The translations under genes were made by a program, and so were the position numbers. Below are positions 45,053-54,722 of a stretch of 58,510 nt of DNA, piece after piece. The stretch lies in the IMG/VR virus record IMGVR_UViG_3300049479_000276, positions 1 to 58,510 of that record; one strand, written 5' to 3'. The notes under the pieces are model-generated. The model saw only the letters and a list, made by a program, of their open reading frames with translations. It had not been told where the DNA came from and ran no database searches. Each line of letters opens with the position of its first letter. Positions within the stretch are counted from its first letter, which is position 1. The DNA comes from a virus. Taxonomy: Duplodnaviria > Caudoviricetes.

Positions 45053-45307
45053 TTACGCTACTTCCGCAAGGTCATCTTGCTGGAGAGGCAACTGAATAGC
45101 TGGCTCCCCCTGATACAAAGCAAGATACTGCTTTGAGATTTCGTACATTCGCTCAATGATGTTCAGCTCAAGATGACCAACACCACGCATGAAATTAATG
45201 AACTCATCAACAATTTCATCAGTGCCAATGCACTGGAACTCATGCAGCACCTTTCGTTTACCATCCTCATAGAGAAGAGTAAACTGATCTTCGGGTTGAG
45301 TTGACAT
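45053..45307 (-). CDS. Hypothetical protein
   Basis: HEF...DEIVDEFINFMRGVG. Confidence 0.55.
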   Translation of the reverse strand: MSTQPEDQFTLLYEDGKRKVLHEFQCIGTDEIVDEFINFMRGVGHLELNIIERMYEISKQYLALYQGEPAIQLPLQQDDLAEVA

Positions 45308-46122
45308 CAGAATGGAACTTCGTCGTTGAATTCAGGCGCGTTGCCGTATTGACCGGGGAGATCAGGCAGACCAGTATTGGGGCCTGCATTCCAGGGATCG
45401 CTGGACTCCTCAACGGTCTTGCCACCCCATAGGCTAGCAACATTCTCTGTGGATGCCACAGTTGTTTGGGATGTCACTTGTTTTGCTTGAGACTCACTCG
45501 TTTTGGGAGCCAGTGTCATCTGCACAAGCTGGAGCTTGGTGACGCTACGGCGCTGGTTGGTTTCTTTATCTGTCCAGGCATCCGTCACAATCCTGGCACG
45601 AATAGTAAGACCAGTGCCTTTACGAGTCATGTTCACAAGAAGCTCAGCTTGATTGAACTTATCTTGTGCCGTGTTAATTGCGTAGAAGTTAAAGAGATCA
45701 GCTTGGTTGCGCCCAGTGTTTACCGAGAGTGTTTGATTGGCAATCATCAAACCATCTGCAGTTGTCTTAAAGGCGCGTGCATCTGTTTGATCAATGTCTT
45801 TGATGCAACGACCCGTCAAGATGACGTCGTTGAAGACAGGGAATGCTTCAGTAACTTGAGCAACAACTCCTCCATTGAGCGAGTACGTCTTTGATTCGAG
45901 ATCAAACCGTAGCTTGGAGCCGTGAATGTAGATGCGGTTTCCTTTGCTGAGGGATCGGAAAGCATCTCCGGTTTTCCCGTAAACATTGAGGACAAGAACT
46001 GTGGGAGCTTTGTTGCCAACCGGCGGAAGAGTTACTTCAGCGCAGTAGTTAAATGTGGTTGAGCTGGTGTATACCTGACGAGGGTTCTCGTTCAGGATTG
46101 CGCAAACATCAACGTAATTCAT
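45307..46122 (-). CDS. ssb: Single-stranded DNA-binding protein with tandem OB folds
   Basis: NDVILTGR...RKGTGLTIRARIVTDAWTDKETNQRRS; acidic tail FNDEVPF. Confidence 0.85.
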   Translation of the reverse strand: MNYVDVCAILNENPRQVYTSSTTFNYCAEVTLPPVGNKAPTVLVLNVYGKTGDAFRSLSKGNRIYIHGSKLRFDLESKTYSLNGGVVAQVTEAFPVFNDVILTGRCIKDIDQTDARAFKTTADGLMIANQTLSVNTGRNQADLFNFYAINTAQDKFNQAELLVNMTRKGTGLTIRARIVTDAWTDKETNQRRSVTKLQLVQMTLAPKTSESQAKQVTSQTTVASTENVASLWGGKTVEESSDPWNAGPNTGLPDLPGQYGNAPEFNDEVPF

Positions 46123-46143
46123 TGGATCAAAAGGATTGTGTTA

Positions 46144-46170
46144 AAGCAGTTTAACGTCATGCTTAGGACG
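46144..46170 (-). ncRNA. Leader pseudoknot family 1, copy 3
   Basis: cgtc-ct-aagca-t-gacg-ttaaac-tgctt. Confidence 0.75.
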
Positions 46171-46214
46171 AACTCCTAATCATCTCCTAATTTTTTCCAA
46201 ATTAGGAGATGGAT

Positions 46215-46544
46215 TCACTCAACCAAAAAACAAACTTCTGCTTGTTTTCCGCTGCGTGTAGGACGGCGATAGTTTTTTGCTGTAACAGGATCAATACGTG
46301 TTTCTAATACTCCCTTAAGAAATAGTTCCCTAACACGTGCTGAGCTTGTTGTATGTGGCATACCAGTGATTACTTCTATTTCATCACGAGTTAAACCATT
46401 AGGAGCTTCACGTAAAACATTGATAATTCGTTTTTGTAGATTATTGATTTTTGGAGCAATGCTCTCGGCTGCCTCTTGGGACGTGCTGCTTTCTCGCACA
46501 TGAGGCGGCGTACCGCCAAACAAATCGTATTGAAAAGAATCCAT
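46215..46544 (-). CDS. Winged-HTH protein
   Basis: TSQEAAESI...GLTRDEIE..TGM.HTTSSARVREL...RPTRSGKQA. Confidence 0.7.
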   Translation of the reverse strand: MDSFQYDLFGGTPPHVRESSTSQEAAESIAPKINNLQKRIINVLREAPNGLTRDEIEVITGMPHTTSSARVRELFLKGVLETRIDPVTAKNYRRPTRSGKQAEVCFLVE

Positions 46545-46549
46545 GGTGT

Positions 46550-48412
46550 TTAGTGGGTTTCAGCCCATGAGGATCCTACACGAGAGTCGCCTTCAATTTC
46601 GCATTGAAATCCAAAGAATTTCTGAGCTTGCGGGAAAGCTGCCATGGCTTGATCGCGGATGCGTTCTGTGTATCGAGGATTACAGACAAGCTGTACTTCA
46701 TCGTGCACCATCAAGACCTGCTCCCAGTCTTTGCCGTGGGTCAAGCCAAGGTTTTGTTCAATGTTGTTATGAATGTTAATAACCACTTGCTTCATCAGGA
46801 TTGCACCTGCTGATTGCAACAGGACATTCAGTCCTTTGAACGCTGAGCGACAATATAAAATACGACGATCAAGACCAATGAGATAACCCCTGGATCCAAT
46901 GTTTTCATCAATCTTTTCCTTGAGAGATTTAAGGGCTGGCACCCCATTCATGAATGAATTAATTGCAGTTCTTCCTAGTTTACGCAGAACTTCTTCATCT
47001 TTTTCATTCGGGCTGATAATGCTACCAGCCTTTAAATGACCAGCGCCATATAGTACAGCATAAAGCAAACGCTTGCTAATGTCCCGTGTTGCCACACCAA
47101 ACCTTTCTTGGTTGTAGACATGAATATCAATCTCAGGATTCGTAACCACACGTGCATATTCCCCTTGGTCCCAATAGGCAAGATATCCCGCAAGACAACG
47201 CAACTCCAATGCTTTGGCATCAATACCAATCATGTCCCATCCTTGTGGCGCATGAAATAATTGACGACATTCTTTACCGTATGGCGAATAACCTGCCGGC
47301 ACTTGACCCATATTTGGGTACCTGTGAGAACAGCGACCAGTGATGCAGCCGTTAGTAACAACGTCACCGTGCATGCGACCGCTGTCATGATTAACCAACT
47401 TAAGCCAAGCGTTGTTTCCATTAGTGATCTGACCAAGACGTTTCTTGACAAGCATGTATTCTGCTAAAGCTTTTGCCTCTGGATAAGGCAACTGCTCTAG
47501 CACTTCATCATCAACGACTGGATTTCCTTTCGCAGTAAATTTTTCTGGTTGCCATCCATACTTGCTCTTGAGTCGATCAGCAATTTGGTCACGAGATCCA
47601 GGATTGAATTCTTCGTATCGTACTTTTTCAAACGGAACTCCTTTGACGTAACCACGTTTGGCGTTATTGACCTTGGGCGTAAACCATGTGCTGTGCTTGA
47701 TTGGTGGAAAGATTTCCTTTAGCTGTGGCTCAAGTTCTGCTTCTTTTGCTCGGAGATCATCCACAAGATCAAGAGCTGCATCCACATCAAAAGGAACACC
47801 TGCTCTAATTTGTCTGTTAATCGCCAAAGCAAACTCATGTTCAAGCTTGAGTGCTGGCTCTGGATAGTTCTGCCTGGCGATATGTTCCCAGAGTTTCGTT
47901 GTGACCGCAACGTCCTGGATGCAGTAGTCCAACATCTCCTGAGAATATTCGGAGAAGTCTTTGAAGTCGATCTTATGATCGGCCAATCTCCATCCCCAGG
48001 TCTTAAGTGATGCGGCACCTCGCTGGTTCGCTGGAACCTGCGGATATTGTTCCGTGTCAAGTTCATAGAGTTTTTCCTTAGGCCAAATCAATCGTGTGCA
48101 AATGAGTGTGTCAATGATGCGTGATTTGCAATCAAATGAATGCAGCTTTTGTAAAACAGGTAGGTCATAGAAAAGAATGTTGTGGCCTATTAAAACATCA
48201 GCGGTTGCCAGATGATCAATAGCAGCAGCAATGCGATCAGGCCCATAACTAAAAGTCTGTTGGCCGGTGATGTCATAGATAACAATGCAGTGAATCTTAG
48301 TAACCTTGTCATAGAGACCATCGGACTCCAAGTCAAAGACATAAAACTTTTCACTTACGGAATTGGGCTTCATCTGAAACTTGGAGTTCTTTACAGGCAA
48401 GGTCTTCGTCAT
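46550..48412 (-). CDS. polA: DNA polymerase A (T7-like) with 3'-5' exonuclease
   Basis: FDLESDG, GHNILFYD, YCIQDV; GIDAKALELR, KRLLYAVLYG, VHDEVQ. Confidence 0.95.
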   Translation of the reverse strand: MTKTLPVKNSKFQMKPNSVSEKFYVFDLESDGLYDKVTKIHCIVIYDITGQQTFSYGPDRIAAAIDHLATADVLIGHNILFYDLPVLQKLHSFDCKSRIIDTLICTRLIWPKEKLYELDTEQYPQVPANQRGAASLKTWGWRLADHKIDFKDFSEYSQEMLDYCIQDVAVTTKLWEHIARQNYPEPALKLEHEFALAINRQIRAGVPFDVDAALDLVDDLRAKEAELEPQLKEIFPPIKHSTWFTPKVNNAKRGYVKGVPFEKVRYEEFNPGSRDQIADRLKSKYGWQPEKFTAKGNPVVDDEVLEQLPYPEAKALAEYMLVKKRLGQITNGNNAWLKLVNHDSGRMHGDVVTNGCITGRCSHRYPNMGQVPAGYSPYGKECRQLFHAPQGWDMIGIDAKALELRCLAGYLAYWDQGEYARVVTNPEIDIHVYNQERFGVATRDISKRLLYAVLYGAGHLKAGSIISPNEKDEEVLRKLGRTAINSFMNGVPALKSLKEKIDENIGSRGYLIGLDRRILYCRSAFKGLNVLLQSAGAILMKQVVINIHNNIEQNLGLTHGKDWEQVLMVHDEVQLVCNPRYTERIRDQAMAAFPQAQKFFGFQCEIEGDSRVGSSWAETH

Positions 48413-48584
48413 TACTGTTGATCCACGTCAAGATCTGCTGTGCTCCTGCCCTGTAGGGATGAGAGAAGATCTTGTTTAAAGCTACTTCAGAGTCTAGTGG
48501 AATCAACTCAAACTTATTGGATTCTTTGTTGGCTGTAATGGCGTGTGGTACACCCCACCGCATACAAGCAATGACGTAAGACAT
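48351..48584 (-). CDS. Hypothetical protein
   Basis: 77-aa ORF. Confidence 0.45.
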   Translation of the reverse strand: MSYVIACMRWGVPHAITANKESNKFELIPLDSEVALNKIFSHPYRAGAQQILTWINSNDEDLACKELQVSDEAQFRK

Positions 48585-48646
48585 GGATCAGATGAAAGAC
48601 AGATCGATGATATCTGATTTCACCTGATCCGCAAGTACCTACGGAA

Positions 48647-49411
48647 TCATTTCTGATTCTTCTTGCTATACCCTACAAACTTGCCTTCTTTCTTGCGTTG
48701 TGTGATAGCAGCCATGGCATCGGACCCAGCACGTTGGGATCCATGGACTAGGAGTGCAAACGGTTTGTCTCCCAAACAATGGCTGTCGTCATGGTCAATG
48801 GATAGCCCACGATCTGCTGCTTCCTCTTCTGTGTATACCACATGAGCAACCCGCCGGTACACCTCAGGATACTTGTCGATCAAGTAGTCAAGCGTACCAC
48901 CGTGCGATGCAGTGAGATAAAAGTTGCCAGGAATCATGTCGCGCAAGTTGTACCACATACCAAGAGACTTGGTATAGGCATAGAACTTTTGTTGCGGCCG
49001 ACCTTGGGCAACCATGATCCAAGCCTTCATGTAGTTCTCGGTCCAGAAATCACCAGACTCATGGATGCGAATCAGATCTTTGGCAGGCTGCATCAAGAGC
49101 GATAGGTCAATCAGATCACGCAATAGCATAGCCTGGTTCCCATTCATGTGAATGGTTTCACGTAGTAGATCCCAGTTGTGCCAGCGTGCTTCCCGTACGG
49201 TGGGACGTGTCTCCGCCATGGCAGCAAAGCAACGGTAGTCCTGTGTTGCCGTCACGCCTGTGTACTGAGGCAAGTCAGTGATCTGACCTGTGGTGCGGTC
49301 AGCAAAAGTCTTGCATACACCAGCATGAGGGCATGCGTACCCAGCAGGCAGATTGAAGATAAGGCGGTTCTTGAGCTTGCCGTTGCCGGTGGAAAACTTG
49401 AGGAGTTTCAT
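48647..49411 (-). CDS. Gene product 88-like (radical-SAM-like fold) protein
   Basis: GNGKL..FNLPAGYACP..C...CFA; RIHESGDF; FYAYTK. Confidence 0.75.
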   Translation of the reverse strand: MKLLKFSTGNGKLKNRLIFNLPAGYACPHAGVCKTFADRTTGQITDLPQYTGVTATQDYRCFAAMAETRPTVREARWHNWDLLRETIHMNGNQAMLLRDLIDLSLLMQPAKDLIRIHESGDFWTENYMKAWIMVAQGRPQQKFYAYTKSLGMWYNLRDMIPGNFYLTASHGGTLDYLIDKYPEVYRRVAHVVYTEEEAADRGLSIDHDDSHCLGDKPFALLVHGSQRAGSDAMAAITQRKKEGKFVGYSKKNQK

Positions 49412-49447
49412 GGTGTTGAGTTGAGCTGAATAATAAGAAAAACTAAT

Positions 49448-49474
49448 GAGTAGTTTAAGGACGTGCTCAGGTCC
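49448..49474 (-). ncRNA. Leader pseudoknot family 1, copy 4
   Basis: ggac-ct-gagca-c-gtcc-ttaaac-tactc (stem 1 covaried; one mismatch in stem 2). Confidence 0.65.
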
Positions 49475-49490
49475 ATCTTCCCGATCGGGA

Positions 49491-49826
49491 TTACTCTACT
49501 TGAGCAGAGCCCTTGAACTTTTCTCTGGATAAACGCAAAACAATTTGGTCACCAGAGTCTGGGGTATCATCTGGTCCTTGGTGGACCAGGATCTCCCATA
49601 TGTTTTGGTTGATCTTCATGATTGAATTACAATAACGAATCATCAAGAGTTCTTTGTCTTGCCCTGGCCTATAAGACAAGACTTTTTTGTGAATGCCAAG
49701 CGGTTCGTCTTCATTGTCTTTGGTGTAGGAGGCAACCCAATAGGAAGCTGTCTTTGTTTGTTGTTGAGTTAAACTAAATCCTTTCATTTCAGATGATAGA
49801 CAAACACCCGTTTTGATCAAGTCCAA
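49491..49826 (-). CDS. Hypothetical protein
   Basis: ORF in operon; start uncertain. Confidence 0.45.
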   Translation of the reverse strand: MDLIKTGVCLSSEMKGFSLTQQQTKTASYWVASYTKDNEDEPLGIHKKVLSYRPGQDKELLMIRYCNSIMKINQNIWEILVHQGPDDTPDSGDQIVLRLSREKFKGSAQVE

Positions 49827-50052
49827 CAGTTACATACTCAATCCATTCAGTAGATACGTTCCTGCTAGCGTTTTTAAACTCTTGCGTTTCTTTTTCAGGA
49901 TGCTTTGGAAGATATTCCATGGTTTCTAGATCTAAGTAATTACACTCAGCTTCGCCGAGGTAATAAGTATTGATTGCTTTTCGAGCTTCTTGTTGTTGTT
50001 CAAAGCTTAAACAAAAAGTCACAGGGATTTTAAAAGAGGCAAGCATGTTCAT
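49789..50052 (-). CDS. Hypothetical protein
   Basis: 87-aa ORF. Confidence 0.45.
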   Translation of the reverse strand: MNMLASFKIPVTFCLSFEQQQEARKAINTYYLGEAECNYLDLETMEYLPKHPEKETQEFKNASRNVSTEWIEYVTVGLDQNGCLSII

Positions 50053-50128
50053 GGTGTTGTGTTACATGGTGAACGACATCATATACATCAATCGTCATAT
50101 ACTTTCCGTATCAATAGATACAGAACTC

Positions 50129-50281
50129 ATGACGTTAACGTATCGTGGTTGCAAATACAACCAAGAGGATCAGGCCAAAAAGGACAGAGCATGGTGGAAC
50201 TTAGCACACCGTCCATGGCTTTGCCTGACCTACCGTAACATTTGCTACTTTCCTTACGTCACTGGAGGACAAATCAAATGA
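50129..50281 (+). CDS. DUF4278-like small protein
   Basis: MTLTYRGCKY...CLTYRNICY (two LTYR(G)xxY motifs). Confidence 0.6.
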   Translation: MTLTYRGCKYNQEDQAKKDRAWWNLAHRPWLCLTYRNICYFPYVTGGQIK

Positions 50282-50413
50282 ACAAGGCACTGATCGTCTA
50301 CCTGGTGGACAAACGGAAAAAGCTGGCACGCAAGGATGTGGAGTCCAAGCATGCCACCACTGAATTAAAAAAACAAAGCGCCGCGACCTTCTGATCGCCA
50401 CTTATTTAATTCA

Positions 50414-51064
50414 TCAGTTTTCTGCAAAGGCTGCTTCTCCGATGATGGGGAATTCTTTGCAGAAGATTCTTTTGATTGCTTCTGCAATTTCTCTGTGTTC
50501 GAGTTGGGTACTTGGGTCACAACGAACTTGTAGGTAATGGATGAATGAACGCAAGGTTCCGTTCATGTAAAGACGGGTGGGTGCAGCAAGAGGCAACACA
50601 AAACGCGCTGACTCTTTTGCAATGCCCTCGCTGATCATCTCTTGGTACAGATGCTTGGAATCTTCCAAGATTGTAGACATCCGTCTGTAGTAGTGAGCAA
50701 GCTTCTCACCGCCCAAGCGTTCTTTTAAATCATCGTTGGAGTTCTGTCTGTTCTTGTAGTCTTGACTACGCAGATGCGGCAGAGTAATGCTGCCTACATC
50801 AGAGACATCAGCATAACGCTGACTGAATTCCTGGAACGAGAAGGAGCGATGCCTAAGGATCTGTGGTGAGATTGCACGTGTTGTGTTGATTTCAACACAC
50901 ATGTTGGCCATCTCGTACGGCGACCAGTGCTGATGCTTAATCAGATAACGCAACAACTTGGGCGCAGTGTCCATGTTGTCTTGGTTCTTTGGTGCAGAGA
51001 CGCGTGCCATGCGCGTGATCATCTCCTCTGCATTGGGCGTTGCCCAAACAAGTTGTACATTCAT
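50414..51064 (-). CDS. thyX: Flavin-dependent thymidylate synthase
   Basis: HWSPYE, QILRHRSFSFQEFSQRY, KESARFVLP, TQLEHR. Confidence 0.95.
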   Translation of the reverse strand: MNVQLVWATPNAEEMITRMARVSAPKNQDNMDTAPKLLRYLIKHQHWSPYEMANMCVEINTTRAISPQILRHRSFSFQEFSQRYADVSDVGSITLPHLRSQDYKNRQNSNDDLKERLGGEKLAHYYRRMSTILEDSKHLYQEMISEGIAKESARFVLPLAAPTRLYMNGTLRSFIHYLQVRCDPSTQLEHREIAEAIKRIFCKEFPIIGEAAFAEN

Positions 51065-51260
51065 GAGCACTTAAAAAGGTAATGCCAACGTTGTGTTGTG
51101 TCAGTGTATCTGATCACATCACAGTTTTCATACTTGTCAACCACTTGAAACTTAGGTTGAGGTTTTGAGTCTTCTGTCATAAAGATTCCAAAAAACAATA
51201 GTGTAAATATTGATGCAATTAGCAGTGATGCTATAAAGTACTGCGAACGTTCCAATGGCG
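51061..51260 (-). CDS. Small membrane protein; start approximate
   Basis: TM helix then KFQVVDKYENCDVIRY. Confidence 0.45.
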
Positions 51261-51560
51261 TCATTCTCCTGGTACCAAGGTGTTCATTGATAGCTTATCA
51301 AGTTCTGATATAGGGCAGATACGCATCTTGGCATGTTCAGTAGGTGTCTTGAGATTATCCCACTGGATCACAAGAACTTTCATCTTGCGATTACTGTTGA
51401 GTAGCTTGGTCTTGATGTCAACTACTGTGCCATACCGCTGCTTGCGGTATTGAGCTATACGTTGACGAACATCAGCATGCCGCGTGTAGATGCCATGGGT
51501 CTTAGGACGTTCTGCTACGCGATCACCAATGGCGTAACGGTATTGAGGCTTGTTTGTCAT
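51261..51560 (-). CDS. Hypothetical (SH3-like) protein
   Basis: YAIGDRVAE...YGTVVD...LVIQWD. Confidence 0.5.
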   Translation of the reverse strand: MTNKPQYRYAIGDRVAERPKTHGIYTRHADVRQRIAQYRKQRYGTVVDIKTKLLNSNRKMKVLVIQWDNLKTPTEHAKMRICPISELDKLSMNTLVPGE

Positions 51561-51895
51561 TTGATGTTGCAGTAGGTTTTGTAATTGATGATCCTTGAGA
51601 TAGTACTACGATTCTGTTTGAACCGTATTGCTAGTTGTCCATTGCTTAATCCATCTTGATGTAACCGACGAATCGTTAAGACATCATTAACAGTCAGTGT
51701 TGAGTTGGGGCTTTCACATCCACGTAGTGGAGTGAAGTCCAAAGGCATGACTGGTTTTGATACCTCGTACCGTTCAACAGTACGAAACTTGCAGCCACAA
51801 TCAAGACATCTGCAATAGCGTTTGATTACATCATTAGCACGTTGATCTGTTGAAGTGACGCGTGTGTTCTTGCTGTTGCATGAACGACATTTCAT
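51557..51895 (-). CDS. NrdR-like Zn-ribbon plus HTH protein
   Basis: MKCRSCNSKNTRVTST...RYCRCLDCGCKFRTVE; C-terminal HTH. Confidence 0.65.
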   Translation of the reverse strand: MKCRSCNSKNTRVTSTDQRANDVIKRYCRCLDCGCKFRTVERYEVSKPVMPLDFTPLRGCESPNSTLTVNDVLTIRRLHQDGLSNGQLAIRFKQNRSTISRIINYKTYCNIK

Positions 51896-52200
51896 TCTTC
51901 AATAAAACGTTGAAGTTCTGCTGAGTTAAGTAGTTCAAGACAATTGATTGCACCCATAATTTTGAATGCATCAATGATCAATTCATGTTGTTTGTCAGGG
52001 AGTTGGTAGAAATCAAATAGACATTGCTCTGCTTGATCGAAGTCATCATAGCTACCCGTCAGCCGCTCGATTACAGAGCCAGGCATGTTATCAACTAAAG
52101 CTGTAACAATCACCTGTCTCACATGAGTCCAAGCTTGTTCTGGTATGAGTGCAATGGTTTTGTCAACAAGATCAAGATCAATGGATTGAGTTTCTGTCAT
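51892..52200 (-). CDS. Hypothetical protein
   Basis: 102-aa ORF. Confidence 0.5.
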   Translation of the reverse strand: MTETQSIDLDLVDKTIALIPEQAWTHVRQVIVTALVDNMPGSVIERLTGSYDDFDQAEQCLFDFYQLPDKQHELIIDAFKIMGAINCLELLNSAELQRFIEE

Positions 52201-52247
52201 AGAGAAAGACCCCTGCTTGCGCAGGGGCCGAACATTCCGCTAGCAGT

Positions 52248-52613
52248 TTAGGCTGCTTGGGCTTCAGTGTCTACCACCTGGTCCAACAGGCCGGACTCCT
52301 TGAGGCGATCCAGCATGTTGACCATAAGCGTGGCATGAGCTTGTGTCTGTTCCATAAATGCCCTGGCACGATCAGCACTCATGGTGTGTACCCGACCACA
52401 AGGCTCGATGTACTGCCATGACCCATCGGGTTGCGGCTGACCTTGTTCGATGGCAAGCTTCTCGGAGTTGTACTGATAACGCAGCTCAATGTTATGGTAA
52501 TCCCTGAGACCATTCTTATCAGTCCATGTAGCACCAAGGTTGTAGCGTTGATCTTCATCGCTAAATGCATGCAGTTCAGGGATGAGATGTTTGAAGGCAG
52601 CAAAGATTTGCAT
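52248..52613 (-). CDS. Hypothetical protein
   Basis: 121-aa ORF directly downstream of tRNA-Leu. Confidence 0.55.
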   Translation of the reverse strand: MQIFAAFKHLIPELHAFSDEDQRYNLGATWTDKNGLRDYHNIELRYQYNSEKLAIEQGQPQPDGSWQYIEPCGRVHTMSADRARAFMEQTQAHATLMVNMLDRLKESGLLDQVVDTEAQAA

Positions 52614-52633
52614 AGTGTTGTTTAAGGTTGGGT

Positions 52634-52719
52634 TGGTACAGACAGAGAGACTTGAACTCTCACGGCCAATGGCCTACGGATTTTAAGTCCGTTGCGTCTA
52701 CCTATTCCGCCATGTCTGC
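52634..52719 (-). tRNA. tRNA-Leu(UAA), intronless
   Basis: GCAGACA/TGTCTGT-A-CCA; anticodon arm acgga-ct-TAA-aa-tccgt; long variable arm; gagag-TTCAAGT-ctctc. Confidence 0.95.
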
Positions 52720-52929
52720 ATCACTTGGACTTACGCTTACGTCAATTGACGCATGCTGCCAAGTGTGGTCTTGAGGTAGGACTTCCATTCCGTAAGTCCA
52801 GCTATCATAGTCATCCTCATTACGAGGATCTTCTTCAATCAAGATGTACTGCGGTGAGTTGTCATGAATGTACTCACCAATGTTGGCCATGGCCATGGCA
52901 AGTAGTTGGTCATCGGTGTAGTCAGTCAT
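52702..52929 (-). CDS. Acidic hypothetical protein overlapping the tRNA 5' end
   Basis: 75-aa ORF. Confidence 0.45.
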   Translation of the reverse strand: MTDYTDDQLLAMAMANIGEYIHDNSPQYILIEEDPRNEDDYDSWTYGMEVLPQDHTWQHASIDVSVSPSDADMAE

Positions 52930-52980
52930 GGGTAGAAACCAGCCCTAGTATCGAGGCTAAGGCTGGTAAGCCGTGCGGAC

Positions 52981-54720
52981 TCAGCTACATGCTAGCTGTT
53001 TCTCGCGTTGTTGCAAGACCTCACGGAAAGCTTCTGTGTAAGCTTCACGTTGCTCTTCAGTGAGCCGCTGGTTAGCGACACCAGCGATCTGCTTGACAGA
53101 CATCAGGCCCATGTCAACCACCAGTTGAATGGTGAATGTGGGCTTACCATCAATCATGCATAGCACGATGAAGTGCTTACGCTTCTTGATGTCATCGGCA
53201 TAGTGTGATGCGGAGCCGACGCAGTTGCGTACGGCCTGACCCCACATAGCCAACTGATGTGTGTCAACAGGCTGGAAGAATGACCAGGTCTCACCATTGC
53301 GTGTAACCCTGATGGGTTCAGGGAATAAATCTTGACGCAATGATTCGTTGGGATTCTGGATCTTCCAGGACTCAGCTTGTACATAGTCGTGGAACTCATT
53401 GATGCGCCAACGCTTGGGAGGTGTTAGTTCTCCTTTGTGCTTGAGGATACGGATTGCCATGGAGAATGTGTCATTCAAATGAGGGAATGAATAACGCGCA
53501 TAGCCAACATCAGAATCTGTCCATATGCGCAAGCGGTCTGCCGTATCGTTTTCTTCAACATGTTTACGCATCATTTTGAAGAGTGATGCAACAGGCATAT
53601 GCTCACGCAACCAACTAATCAATATATCTTCGTTAGCATCAATACTGCGCACACGAACTTGATGAAGCTTAATAAAAAGAAGTTCGTTGTAATAAGTCTG
53701 GTAATAATCAAGCGGGCAATCAGGCCAGATGTTGTTAATCCAATCGATAGCATTAATAACCTGGAGGAAAGTATTCCAAGCTTGCTTAATTGGTTTCTGG
53801 TGATGGTTATTTGGATCGTTGTATTTTGTTATGCATTGATCAAGATTTGCTTGCAGAAGCTTCTTGATTGCAGGCTTGGCAATGATGTGAGCGATAGATG
53901 TCAATGTGCAGTAAATACTAGATGTCATTGTTGATCTGACATTAAACTCTTCTGCTGCTGCAACAAGTGCATCTACAGTAAAGCCATGCTTGGGATCAAT
54001 GAACTCAGACATCTGCCTTGGTAGTTCAATTACATCAAAGATATTTTTGCAACGAATGCGATCGAATAATCCACGGGAATCTTCCCACGTAGGAATGTTT
54101 TCACGTAGGCTTTTCTCAAATGCTTCTACAGCATTGTCTCTGATTTGATAACCTTTCTGGCAATAAAGATTTGATGCACGCCACTGGTAGCTACGGAACC
54201 CATATTCATCTTTAGTCTTGATATCTTCTTCTGTGATGTTCATGGAATAAGTAAAGATTTGGACACCACGCGTACCTTCGTGCTCGATGCACTTATCTTT
54301 GCTGGTCCAGATATGATGCGGTGCAGTCTTAGCAGCAGCCGCTGTGTTCTTGAATGCGTAGGCATGGCCATACACATACTCATTTGCTTGCTGCTTAGGA
54401 GGCAGCCATGCTGCGTACCACACCTGTTCGTAATGGTAGAGTATGGCAATAACTTTGAGACGAGCCTGCGGAGTTGCTACATCCACAGGCGTAGTAAACA
54501 CACGGTAACGATCAGGTGCTTTTTGCTGGTTGATGTGATCAATCGCAGCTTGCTGGTCTGACTCACGCACCACGTTGTGTGGGATGAGATGAGGGATGTC
54601 ACCCAGTGGATACTTAGACTTCTTAGTAGTTGTGGGCTTAGCTTTTTGAGCCAGCACTTTCAGTGTTGGATCGTAGGCAAGCAGTTCGGTTTGAAGGTTG
54701 GAAGGTAAAGCAAATTGCAT
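52981..54720 (-). CDS. PcfJ-like protein
   Basis: EFHDYV...QLAMWGQAVRNCVGS..YADDI...FTIQL...QIAGVAN. Confidence 0.8.
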   Translation of the reverse strand: MQFALPSNLQTELLAYDPTLKVLAQKAKPTTTKKSKYPLGDIPHLIPHNVVRESDQQAAIDHINQQKAPDRYRVFTTPVDVATPQARLKVIAILYHYEQVWYAAWLPPKQQANEYVYGHAYAFKNTAAAAKTAPHHIWTSKDKCIEHEGTRGVQIFTYSMNITEEDIKTKDEYGFRSYQWRASNLYCQKGYQIRDNAVEAFEKSLRENIPTWEDSRGLFDRIRCKNIFDVIELPRQMSEFIDPKHGFTVDALVAAAEEFNVRSTMTSSIYCTLTSIAHIIAKPAIKKLLQANLDQCITKYNDPNNHHQKPIKQAWNTFLQVINAIDWINNIWPDCPLDYYQTYYNELLFIKLHQVRVRSIDANEDILISWLREHMPVASLFKMMRKHVEENDTADRLRIWTDSDVGYARYSFPHLNDTFSMAIRILKHKGELTPPKRWRINEFHDYVQAESWKIQNPNESLRQDLFPEPIRVTRNGETWSFFQPVDTHQLAMWGQAVRNCVGSASHYADDIKKRKHFIVLCMIDGKPTFTIQLVVDMGLMSVKQIAGVANQRLTEEQREAYTEAFREVLQQREKQLACS

Positions 54721-54722
54721 GA

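Noticed and set aside
50053-50128. Glutamine (Downstream-peptide/glnA) riboswitch ahead of the DUF4278-like ORF
   Set aside because: No CGUUCA...GGAACG signature on the + strand; only a TATACT box
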